A stretch of DNA of 24,871 bases, from positions 1-24,871 of the forward strand of contig CAMHDG010000001.1 of the NCBI GenBank assembly GCA_946183815.1, written 5' to 3'. The first letter of the stretch is position 1; each line of letters begins with the position of its first letter. Under the pieces are notes generated by a model. The model was not told where the DNA came from and ran no database searches. It saw only the letters and a list, made by a program, of their open reading frames with translations. The translations under genes were made by a program, and so were the position numbers. Of this stretch, positions 14,793 through 23,236 are shown in pieces. Source of the stretch: an uncultured bacterium. GTDB lineage: Bacteria; Cyanobacteriota; Vampirovibrionia; Gastranaerophilales; Gastranaerophilaceae.

Positions 14793-16312
14793 TCCTCTGT
14801 TCTATATTGAAGGGCTTGAGATATATGAACAACCGTAATATCATCAGAACCTGATAAATCAGCAATAGTTCTTGCCAGTTTTAAAATTCTTGAATATTTC
14901 CGTCCCGATAGTTGATACTTAACTGATGCCATTTTCATAAGTTGATTTGATTTTTCGTCAAGAACACAATACTTTTCTATCTGACACGCATTGAGTTCAG
15001 CGTTGGTAAATATACCTTCATCTTTATACCTTTTAGCCTGAATTTTACGTGCTTTGACAACCCGTTCCCTTATTTGAGCAGAAGTTTCAGATTTTTCATC
15101 AATATTTAATAGTTCATCAGCCGTCAGTCTTGGAACGTCAATAATCATATCTATTCTGTCAAGTAACGGACCTGATAGCCTTGCTCTGTATCGTTGAACC
15201 TGAACATCCGTACAGGTACATTGTTTTTCGACATCACCTAAAAAACCGCAAGGACAAGGATTCATTGCCCCGACTAACATGAATTTTGACGGATACGTAA
15301 CAGAAGATTTTGCTCTCGATATAACAACATAACCGTCTTCAAGCGGTTGACGGAGAGTTTCAAGAACGGCACGGGGAAACTCAACCATTTCATCAAGAAA
15401 CAACACCCCTCTATGTGCAAGAGTAATCTCTCCCGGACGTGGATTTTGCCCGCCACCTATTATACCTATTGATGATGCGGTATGATGAACAGGTCGATAG
15501 GGTCTTTTAGTCATAAGTGGTTCATCTTTGGACAATAAACCACTTATACTATATATTTTAGTCAACTCTAGTGCTTCTTCAAGTTCTAACGGAGGTAAAA
15601 TTGAGGCAAAACATTTTGCCATAAGGGTTTTTCCCGACCCAGGAGAACCTGACATGAGAATATTATGTCCGCCTGCTGCCGCTATCTCAAGTGCTTTTTT
15701 TGCTTTTTGTTGACCTTTTACATCTTTAAAATCATATACATATTCTTCATTCCCCGATGTATTCAGATATTTATTAATGTCAATAACTGTCGGGATTATA
15801 GGATTTTCTGAAAAATGATTAACAACATCTGTAAGATGTTCTGCTCCAAGAACATTTATCCCCTGAACCAGAGCCGCCTCTTTTGCATTTTGTTTTGGCA
15901 GTATAACAGTTTTTATTCCGTTATTTTTCAAACCTGTAACTATTGACAAAACCCCGTTAACTTCACGCAAAGACCCGTCAAGTGACAATTCTCCGATAAA
16001 AGCAATATCCTTTGTTTTTTCAGAATCAATAACACCTTCTTCTTCTAATATCCCAACACTCATCGGTAAATCAAAGAATGAACCCTCTTTTTTTAAATCA
16101 GCGGGAGCAAGATTGATAACGACTTTCCCTTTTGGAAACGTATATCCCGAATTTTTTATGGCAGAGCGGACTCTTTCCCTCGCCTCAGATACAGCGTTAT
16201 CCGGTAAACCAACAATTATAATAGATGGCAGAGAATTTATAACATCTACTTCTACCTCTATCAAATGGGCATCTAACCCTATTGTCGTTGCTGTTATTGA
16301 TTTGCAAACCAT
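14789..16312 (-). CDS. comM: YifB/ComM family Mg-chelatase-like AAA+ ATPase
   Basis: IVGLPDNAVSEARERVRSA, INLAPADLKKEG, Walker A GSPGSGKT, RPGEITLAHRGVLFLDE, MNPCPCG, SGPLLDRID, ARTIADL. Confidence 0.96.
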   Translation of the reverse strand: MVCKSITATTIGLDAHLIEVEVDVINSLPSIIIVGLPDNAVSEARERVRSAIKNSGYTFPKGKVVINLAPADLKKEGSFFDLPMSVGILEEEGVIDSEKTKDIAFIGELSLDGSLREVNGVLSIVTGLKNNGIKTVILPKQNAKEAALVQGINVLGAEHLTDVVNHFSENPIIPTVIDINKYLNTSGNEEYVYDFKDVKGQQKAKKALEIAAAGGHNILMSGSPGSGKTLMAKCFASILPPLELEEALELTKIYSISGLLSKDEPLMTKRPYRPVHHTASSIGIIGGGQNPRPGEITLAHRGVLFLDEMVEFPRAVLETLRQPLEDGYVVISRAKSSVTYPSKFMLVGAMNPCPCGFLGDVEKQCTCTDVQVQRYRARLSGPLLDRIDMIIDVPRLTADELLNIDEKSETSAQIRERVVKARKIQAKRYKDEGIFTNAELNACQIEKYCVLDEKSNQLMKMASVKYQLSGRKYSRILKLARTIADLSGSDDITVVHISQALQYRTED

Positions 16313-16318
16313 AGGTAT

Positions 16319-16327
16319 ATTATAGCA
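16319..16327 (-). promoter_or_regulatory. Extended -10 promoter of comM (probably leaderless)
   Basis: Minus strand TG-C-TATAAT-ATACCT-ATG; no Shine-Dalgarno. Confidence 0.6.
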
Positions 16328-16333
16328 TAAATT

Positions 16334-16365
16334 AAAAAGAGCGAGGTTGAATTACCCCGCTCTTT
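16334..16365 (-). terminator. Intrinsic terminator after the Ala/Lys-rich gene
   Basis: Minus strand AAAGAGCGGGG-TAATTCAA-CCTCGCTCTTT plus TT. Confidence 0.75.
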
Positions 16366-16386
16366 GAGAATAATATTCTGTTCAGA

Positions 16387-17067
16387 TTATTTACCGAATT
16401 TGAATAAATCTGACCATGCTTTCTTTTCTGCTTTTACAGAATTTTTTACGTTTTTCTTTGTATCGTTAACGGCTTTCTTTTGAGCCTTTACACTATTTTG
16501 AATATTCTTTTTTGTTTGAGCGGCTTTTTGCTGTTGCGCTTTTTTTGCGGCTTCTAGTTTAGCCTTTTCGGCTTTTATTTTATCTTCTTGTGCTTTTCTT
16601 GCTGCTTCTGCTTTTGCTTTTTGGGCTTTAATCTTATCCTCTTGAGCCTTCTTCGCTGCTTTTGCTTTAGCCTCTGCATCTTTCTTTGCTTGTTCTAATT
16701 TTTGTCTTTGGGCTTTTGCTTTTGCTTCAGCGTCTTTTTTTGCTTGTTCAGCCTTAGCCTTTTGTGCTTTAATTTTGTCTTGTTGTGCTTTCTTTGCTGC
16801 TTCTACTTTTGCTCTTTCTGCTTTTGCTTTTGCTTCAGCCTGTGCTTTTGCATTTGTTGCTTTTTTAGTCGCATTTGTTGTCGCAGTATTAGCCTTGTTT
16901 ATTGCCTTGTTTGTTTTTGTTGTTGCTCTGTTTACGGCTTTTGTAGTTTGAGCATTTGCTTTGTTCACAGCAGAATTAGCCTTGTTTAAAGCACCTGTAA
17001 TTGAACCGGCCATTGCTGTTGTTGTTGCTAATGTTAACACTAACAATGTTGATAAAATTCTTTTCAT
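16387..17067 (-). CDS. Secreted Ala/Lys-rich repetitive coiled-coil protein (226 aa)
   Basis: Signal peptide MKRILSTLLVLTLATTTAMA; GGAGGG is 7 nt from ATG 17067 but only 1 nt from 17073; internal repeats EQAKKDAEAKAKA x2 and KAQxDKIKAxKAK x3. Confidence 0.88.
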   Translation of the reverse strand: MKRILSTLLVLTLATTTAMAGSITGALNKANSAVNKANAQTTKAVNRATTKTNKAINKANTATTNATKKATNAKAQAEAKAKAERAKVEAAKKAQQDKIKAQKAKAEQAKKDAEAKAKAQRQKLEQAKKDAEAKAKAAKKAQEDKIKAQKAKAEAARKAQEDKIKAEKAKLEAAKKAQQQKAAQTKKNIQNSVKAQKKAVNDTKKNVKNSVKAEKKAWSDLFKFGK

Positions 17068-17181
17068 GGGCATACCCTCCTTTATTATTTAAACGAATTT
17101 TTTTATTTTTTGTTCATTTTTGAAAAATGTTTACTTAATTATTATATATACTTATTTGAATTTTTCAAGTATAATTGAGAA

Positions 17182-17910
17182 ATGATGAGAGTTAAATTAT
17201 TAGGATACGAAATAGATACCTTCACCTTTGACGGTGCAACTGAGTATGCTTTAGAACTGGAAAAAGAGGACAAAGTTTCACAGGTTGTGACAATTAACCC
17301 TGAAATGTTTGATTGTGCAAAAATTGATAAAGAGTTTGCTCAAATACTCAATGAGGCAGAAATGGTTATCCCTGACGGGGTTGGGGTAAAGATTGGACTA
17401 AAAATATTGGGTCATAATGTTGACAGAATAGCAGGGGTAGATTTTGCAAGAAAAATGATAGAACTTTCTGCAAAAAATAATCTTCCTGTTGCACTAATAG
17501 GTGCAAAACCTGAAGTTGTCCAACTTGCAGCCGAAAACCTCAAAAACGAGGTTGAGAACTTAAATATCGCCTATGTTCAGGACGGATATTTTAAAGATGA
17601 CGAAAGAGTTTTAGACGAATTAAAAAATTCAGGGGCAAGACTTATTCTTGTAGCACTAGGCTCTCCAAAACAAGAAAAATTTATAAAACAGGCAAAATCA
17701 GTTTTACCATTTGGATTAATGGTTGGTGTTGGCGGTAGTTTTGATGTGTGGTCGGGAACAGTAGAAAGAGCACCTGAGATTTATCAAAAGTTAGGAATAG
17801 AATGGCTTTACAGAACAGTTAAACAACCGGAACGATTTAAAAGAATTTTTCCTACCTTACCGCTTTTTGTATTAAGAGTATTCAAAGAAAAATTTTGCGG
17901 GGATAAATAA
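17182..17910 (+). CDS. WecB/TagA/CpsF family glycosyltransferase (GT26)
   Basis: VVTINPE, IPDGVGV, RIAGVDF, VALGSPKQE, VGVGGSFDV, RAP...GIEWLYR..KQPER. Confidence 0.95.
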   Translation: MMRVKLLGYEIDTFTFDGATEYALELEKEDKVSQVVTINPEMFDCAKIDKEFAQILNEAEMVIPDGVGVKIGLKILGHNVDRIAGVDFARKMIELSAKNNLPVALIGAKPEVVQLAAENLKNEVENLNIAYVQDGYFKDDERVLDELKNSGARLILVALGSPKQEKFIKQAKSVLPFGLMVGVGGSFDVWSGTVERAPEIYQKLGIEWLYRTVKQPERFKRIFPTLPLFVLRVFKEKFCGDK

Positions 17911-18005
17911 GGTTACCTCAATTTAAAGGCGGGAAAGGTGGCTTAACATTATTACATTTCGCCTGGAATTATAGTATAATGTATAAAAAGTCAGGAGTTT
18001 ATTAT

Positions 18006-18836
18006 ATGTTATCAAAAAGTGAAATTTTAGAATTAGAAAAAATCTGTAACAAAACAAGAATTAATATCTTAAAAATGGTTCATAACGCTGCATCAGGGCA
18101 TATTGGCGGAGCATTTTCAGGGGTTGAGATACTTAACGTATTGTTCAACAAATCTCTAAACATACCTGTTGATTGGAAAAAATCTGAAGATTTTGAAACA
18201 CGTGACAGATTTATACTTTCAAAAGGACACGCATCCGCACTTTTATATTCAGTGTTATCACAAAAAGGATTCTTCCCTGAAGAAGAGTTAATGACATTCA
18301 GAAAACTTGGCTCAAGACTACAAGGGCACCCTTGTTGCAGAGAGTTAGACGGGATAGAAGTTTCAACAGGTTCACTCGGTCAGGGACTTTCTGTCGGTTG
18401 CGGAATTGCATTAGGTCTTAAACTTGATAAAAACCCTGCAAATGTCGTTGTATATTTAGGTGACGGGGAACTTCAGGAAGGTTCTGTTTGGGAAGCGTTT
18501 ATGCAAATTTCTCACAGAAAATTAGACAATATAATTGCTATTATTGACAGAAACGGACTACAAATTGACGGCGAAACAGAAAATGTAACCGCACTTAACC
18601 CATTAGACAAAAAATTAGAGGCTTTCGGCTGGCAGGTTGAAACTATTGACGGACACGACCTTAACGCTATTTATGAAGCAGTAGAGAAAGGTAAAAAAGC
18701 AGACAAACCGTTCGCTATTATCGCCAACACAATAAAAGGCAAAGGGGTTTCGTTTATGGAAAATAACGCAGGCTGGCATGGAAAAGCACCTAATGACGAA
18801 CAGTTTGAGCAGGCACTGGCAGAATTAGTTAAATAA
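18006..18836 (+). CDS. Transketolase, N-terminal (TPP-binding) subunit
   Basis: SGHIGG, DRFILSKGH, RLQGHP, TGSLGQG, GDGELQEGSVWEA, DRNGLQIDG, TIKGKG..FME...WHGK; start moved to ATG 18006 (AGGAG RBS; TATAAT at 17975-80). Confidence 0.95.
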   Translation: MLSKSEILELEKICNKTRINILKMVHNAASGHIGGAFSGVEILNVLFNKSLNIPVDWKKSEDFETRDRFILSKGHASALLYSVLSQKGFFPEEELMTFRKLGSRLQGHPCCRELDGIEVSTGSLGQGLSVGCGIALGLKLDKNPANVVVYLGDGELQEGSVWEAFMQISHRKLDNIIAIIDRNGLQIDGETENVTALNPLDKKLEAFGWQVETIDGHDLNAIYEAVEKGKKADKPFAIIANTIKGKGVSFMENNAGWHGKAPNDEQFEQALAELVK

Positions 18837-18947
18837 TAAGTCAGATTAAATTTCCGTAATAAATCTTTATGAATAACTCTAAACTAGCAAATTTTATTGT
18901 TTAGGGTTATTTATCCATTGCGATTTTATAAAATAGGAGTCATTTTT

Positions 18948-19403
18948 ATGAACATAGGAATTAATAATAACTACAACAACCACGTAAACTTTGGTATGTC
19001 AGTACTTATAAAAGAGAATGCACATTCAGTCATAAAAGATCAAACATCAAAAATGTCTAAAAAGGGATATGAAAAATTTTGGAATAAACTGGACGAAATA
19101 GTATCAAGACAAGAAGGAAAAGAACCAAATATTATTATAGGAAAGGCAAAACACAGAAACGCACTTGTGGCAGAAGTTGCTGACAACAATCCGCAAACTG
19201 CAATCAAAAACTACGTAACAGCCCAAGGTTTAATTCACAGAAACGGAAGCCTTAAATTCTTGCAAAGAGCGGAAAAAAAGGCAGACAGAATAGGTGATGC
19301 AAACATCCGATTAGAACGATATTCAACACCGGAAAATGAACATATTTATTCAGGTGTAGTTACAGAAGAACCTATAATAAGCGGTCTTGGCGAGGGTCTA
19401 TAA
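18948..19403 (+). CDS. Hypothetical protein (151 aa) with Asn-rich N-terminus ending in NFG
   Basis: AGGAG RBS 8 nt before ATG 18948; ORF ends just before a strong terminator. Confidence 0.75.
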   Translation: MNIGINNNYNNHVNFGMSVLIKENAHSVIKDQTSKMSKKGYEKFWNKLDEIVSRQEGKEPNIIIGKAKHRNALVAEVADNNPQTAIKNYVTAQGLIHRNGSLKFLQRAEKKADRIGDANIRLERYSTPENEHIYSGVVTEEPIISGLGEGL

Positions 19404-19425
19404 TAAAAACTATCAAACATTAAAT

Positions 19426-19461
19426 AAAAAACGGGGTTCGGTAATATACCGAACCCCGTTT
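19426..19461. terminator. Strong terminator ending the hyd operon (possibly bidirectional)
   Basis: Perfect 15-bp stem AAACGGGGTTCGGTA-ATA-TACCGAACCCCGTTT; T-tract on the minus strand. Confidence 0.88.
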
Positions 19462-19506
19462 AATTATTTTATCAAGTAAAGTTAAAACAGTTAGACCATT
19501 TATGTC

Positions 19507-19541
19507 TTACCCTTTTATCCCTTTACCCCTTTACCCCTTTA
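19507..19541 (-). repeat. Short tandem G-rich octamer repeat right after the hydA stop
   Basis: Minus strand TAA-A-GGGG-TAAA-GGGG-TAAA-GGG-ATAAAA-GGG-TAA. Confidence 0.65.
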
Positions 19542-21305
19542 CTCACCGGCAGAGATGTAGCAATCTTTTCTCTTATCGGAATAAGATGTGTGTAACAACT
19601 CGTGTGCCTTGTGAGAATTTGGTTTTTCAAGGTGATTTTTATATAAATCAATGATTTCAGGGTTTTCGTGAGATTTTCTCCATTGACCTGTTGCATCATC
19701 TGTATAAAGCCCTTGAGCACGTTCCTCCTTAATATTAGAATCATTATGACTCAATGGCTGACCGCCACCATTAATACAACCTCCAGGGCAAGCCATTACC
19801 TCTAATAATTGATAATCGGCTTTTCCTTCTTTAATTTCTCTCAAGCATTTTTCAGCCTCTTTCAAAGTATTAACGATTTTAACCTTAATCTTTGTACCCT
19901 TAAGGTCAAGTTCAACCGTTTTTACTCTGTGCGTACCACGCATATCGTTGATAACAACGTCTTTAAGTTCTTCGCCTGTTACCATGTTATAGGCAGTTCT
20001 AGCGGCAGCCTCTGCAACACCGCCTGATACCCCAAAGATAGTACCTGCACCGGTGTATTTGCCGAATGGAGTATCAGCAGGCTGTCCTTCAATATTCTTG
20101 AAATCAATACCTGCAGACTTAATCATTTTACCCAACTCTTGAGTTGTTAAAACGTAATCAATCTCTTGCTTACCGTTTTCCATCTTGAATTGCTCTCTGG
20201 TTGCTTCGTATTTTTTAGCAGTACAAGGCATAATAGAAACGCTTACGAGATTTTCAGGTGTGATATCTTCATAATATTTAGGAACGTATTCTCTGATAAT
20301 AGCACCCATCATACCTTGTGGTGATTTACAAGTAGATAAATGCTCTTTCATATCAGGGTGTTCAAGTTCTAAATATCTGACCCAAGCAGGACAACAAGAA
20401 GTAAATAGGGGTAAATTTTTACCTGATTTTACGCGCTCAACAAATTCTGCGGCTTCTTCCATAATAGTTAAGTCAGCAGAGAAGTTTGTATCAAACACTA
20501 AATCAAAACCTATTGCCCTTAATGCAGCATTAATTTTTTCAGTTGAGTTTACCCCCGGTTCAAGTCCAAACATTTCACCTATTGCAACACGAACAGATGG
20601 TGCAAACTGGACAACAACTTTCTTTTCAGGGTTTGTGATTTCTTTCCAAACCTTCTCGATTTGAGAATTGATAGTTAATGCACCCGTAGGGCAAACTGCC
20701 GCACATTGACCGCAGTTTACACATTCAGAGTTTGCAAGAGGTTTTCCGTTCATAGGTTGAACTAAAGTTTTTGAACCTCTGTTTGCAAAACCTAATACAG
20801 AATGTTGATATTCGCTACACGCTCTTACACACGCACCGCAAAGAATACATTTGTTTGCATCACGAACGATTGACGGACTGCTGTGATCAACAGGTAGAAA
20901 ATCGTCTTTTTCTGCATAAGGGATATCCGTAATACCGTATTCTTCTGCGTATTGTTGCAATTCACAGTTGCCTGAACGCTCACATGTTAAACATTTTCTG
21001 TCGTGGTTTGCTAACAATAGTTGAAGAACGGTTTTTCTTATTCTTCTTGTTTTTTCTGTATTTAATTTTACTTTGATACCTGCTTCAGGAGGCATTGTAC
21101 AAGATGAATTAATCATTTTTCTTCCGTTAGGATATTCAACTTCTACAACACACATTCTGCAAGCACCGAATGATGTTAAGTCAGGACGGTAGCAGAATGT
21201 AGGAACGTTCATGCCTGCTTTTCTTATTACTTCAAGCAGGTTAGGTTCGTTAGTAAACTCTACTTCCTTTCCTTCTATAAATAATGATTTTTTATCTTCT
21301 GTCAT
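19539..21305 (-). CDS. hydA: [FeFe]-hydrogenase group A catalytic subunit (HydA/HndD-like)
   Basis: H-cluster motifs TSCCPAW, MPCTAKKYE, EVMACPGGCINGGGQP; N-terminal 2Fe-2S (CY...GACRMC...C), His-ligated 4Fe-4S (HDRKCLTC...C), two 4Fe-4S (CILCGACVRAC, CVNCGQCAAVCP). Confidence 0.97.
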   Translation of the reverse strand: MTEDKKSLFIEGKEVEFTNEPNLLEVIRKAGMNVPTFCYRPDLTSFGACRMCVVEVEYPNGRKMINSSCTMPPEAGIKVKLNTEKTRRIRKTVLQLLLANHDRKCLTCERSGNCELQQYAEEYGITDIPYAEKDDFLPVDHSSPSIVRDANKCILCGACVRACSEYQHSVLGFANRGSKTLVQPMNGKPLANSECVNCGQCAAVCPTGALTINSQIEKVWKEITNPEKKVVVQFAPSVRVAIGEMFGLEPGVNSTEKINAALRAIGFDLVFDTNFSADLTIMEEAAEFVERVKSGKNLPLFTSCCPAWVRYLELEHPDMKEHLSTCKSPQGMMGAIIREYVPKYYEDITPENLVSVSIMPCTAKKYEATREQFKMENGKQEIDYVLTTQELGKMIKSAGIDFKNIEGQPADTPFGKYTGAGTIFGVSGGVAEAAARTAYNMVTGEELKDVVINDMRGTHRVKTVELDLKGTKIKVKIVNTLKEAEKCLREIKEGKADYQLLEVMACPGGCINGGGQPLSHNDSNIKEERAQGLYTDDATGQWRKSHENPEIIDLYKNHLEKPNSHKAHELLHTSYSDKRKDCYISAGE

Positions 21306-21382
21306 TTTTAATTTTCCTTTTCTTTAGTGCGTCAAACGATGCACCCTACTACTTAATGCCTTATTGCCTTTAGAATTTACCC

Positions 21383-23236
21383 CTATTCTTTGCTAATCGC
21401 TTTGAACGGACAACTGTTCAAGCAAGCCTCACACTTGATACATTTAGATTGATCAATCTTGTGAGGGTTCTTAACAGTGCCTTCAATAGCACCAACAGGA
21501 CAAGTTCTTGCACATTTTGTACAACCCTTACATTTTTCAGGGTCGATTGTGATTTTCTTCATCGCAGTACAAACACCTGCAGGGCATTTGTGATCTCTGA
21601 TGTGAGCAATATATTCATCCCTAAAGTATTTCAAAGTAGAAAGTACAGGGTTAGGAGCAGTTTTACCTAAACCGCAAAGCGAACCGTCTTTAACAGTGTA
21701 TGCCAAATCTTCAAGGACTTCTAAGTCCTCCATAGTTCCTTTTCCCTTAACGATTTTTTCCAAAATCTTAAGCATATTCTTTGTACCTTCACGGCAAGGA
21801 ACACACTTACCGCAGGATTCGTTTTTAGTAAAGTTCATAAAGAATCTTGCGACTTCAACCATACAAGTATCTTCAGCCATAACAACGAGTCCGCCTGAAC
21901 CTACCATAGCACCTGCTTTGATAAGGCTGTCATAATCCATAGGGATATCAAGATGTTCTTCTGTCAAACACCCGCCTGACGGTCCGCCGATTTGTACGGC
22001 TTTGAACTTCTTTCCACCTCTGATACCGCCGCCGATATCAAAGATAATTTCTCTTAAAGTTGTACCCATAGGTACTTCAATAAGACCTGTATTGTTAACT
22101 TCACCTGTTAAAGCGAAAGTTTTTGTACCTTTAGATGTTTCACAACCCATAGATGAGAACCATTCAGCCCCGTTCAAAATAATAAGAGGAACGTTTGCCA
22201 AGGTTTCTACGTTGTTAATCAAAGTAGGTCTGCCGAAAAGCCCTTTGTTAGCAGGGAACGGTGGTTTTGGTCTAGGCATACCACGTTCACCTTCGATTGA
22301 TGCGATAAGAGCAGTTTCTTCACCGCAAACGAACGCCCCTGCCCCCTCTTTGATATGAATTGTGAATGAAAAATCACTGCCCATAATGTTTTTACCGAGG
22401 TAGTGTCTTTCTTCAGCCTGTGCTATAGCAATTCTTAAACGTTTGATTGCCAGTGGGTATTCTGCACGAACGTAGATATATGCTTCATCAGCCCCAACAG
22501 CAAAACCTGCAATAGCCATACCTTCTAGTAGTTTGTGAGGGTCACCTTCCATGACGGATCTGTCCATGAATGCACCGGGGTCACCTTCGTCACCGTTACA
22601 AACGACATAAGACTTTCCGCCTCTGTTTGCAGCAGTAAATTTCCATTTCATACCTGTAGGGAAACCACCGCCTCCTCTGCCACGCAAGCCTGATTTGATT
22701 ATTGTATCAATAACATTATCAGGGTTATTTTCTTCTATAACTTTTGATAATGCTTCATAACCACGAACAGCGAGTGCTTCATCAAGACTTTCAGCGTTAA
22801 TTCTACCGCAGTTTTTAAGAGCGGTACGTGTTTGTTTAGCGTAGAAATTGATGTCGTCATTTTTGTGTACGTGTTCCCCTGTTTTAGGGTCAGTGTATAA
22901 AAGTCTTTCAACAGGTTTGTCGTTTTTGATATGGCTTTCAAAAATTTCTTCAACGTCTGATTCTCTAACTTTTACGTATGTAACGTGTTTGTCAGGCAGG
23001 ATAACCAAAACGCCTTGTTCACAGAACCCGTGACAACCGGTAGGCACAATGGTCATTTTGTCGTAATCAGTCAATGTAGAAACATTTGCACCTAATTCTC
23101 TAAATTTTTCTATAACTTTAAGTGAGCCGTTAGCGACACAGCCTGTACCGGCACAAACTAACACTCTCAAGCCTTGTGCTTTAATTGCATCTTGTGCTTT
23201 TGCTTGTTCTTGTTTAATATCGATAGATAATGCCAT
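21383..23236 (-). CDS. hydB: NuoF-like NAD/FMN-binding hydrogenase beta subunit (HydB/HndC-like)
   Basis: SGLRGRGGGGFPTG, CNGDEGDPGAFMDR, GAGAFVCGEETAL, GGPSGG, ESCGKCVPCREG; N-terminal thioredoxin-like 2Fe-2S and C-terminal 2x4Fe-4S domains. Confidence 0.96.
   Translation of the reverse strand: MALSIDIKQEQAKAQDAIKAQGLRVLVCAGTGCVANGSLKVIEKFRELGANVSTLTDYDKMTIVPTGCHGFCEQGVLVILPDKHVTYVKVRESDVEEIFESHIKNDKPVERLLYTDPKTGEHVHKNDDINFYAKQTRTALKNCGRINAESLDEALAVRGYEALSKVIEENNPDNVIDTIIKSGLRGRGGGGFPTGMKWKFTAANRGGKSYVVCNGDEGDPGAFMDRSVMEGDPHKLLEGMAIAGFAVGADEAYIYVRAEYPLAIKRLRIAIAQAEERHYLGKNIMGSDFSFTIHIKEGAGAFVCGEETALIASIEGERGMPRPKPPFPANKGLFGRPTLINNVETLANVPLIILNGAEWFSSMGCETSKGTKTFALTGEVNNTGLIEVPMGTTLREIIFDIGGGIRGGKKFKAVQIGGPSGGCLTEEHLDIPMDYDSLIKAGAMVGSGGLVVMAEDTCMVEVARFFMNFTKNESCGKCVPCREGTKNMLKILEKIVKGKGTMEDLEVLEDLAYTVKDGSLCGLGKTAPNPVLSTLKYFRDEYIAHIRDHKCPAGVCTAMKKITIDPEKCKGCTKCARTCPVGAIEGTVKNPHKIDQSKCIKCEACLNSCPFKAISKE

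Noticed and set aside
17925-17966. ZTP or fluoride riboswitch-like start (AAGGCGGGAAAGGTGGCTTAAC) upstream of tkt
   Set aside because: Lacks the conserved downstream pairing and motifs, and lies upstream of or overlapping the predicted tkt promoter.
2003-18947. Longer ORF-track starts (2003, 6084, 11616, 17073, 17979, 18897)
   Set aside because: The extensions run over promoter/RBS sequence or use TTG without an RBS; downstream ATGs have properly spaced Shine-Dalgarno sites.
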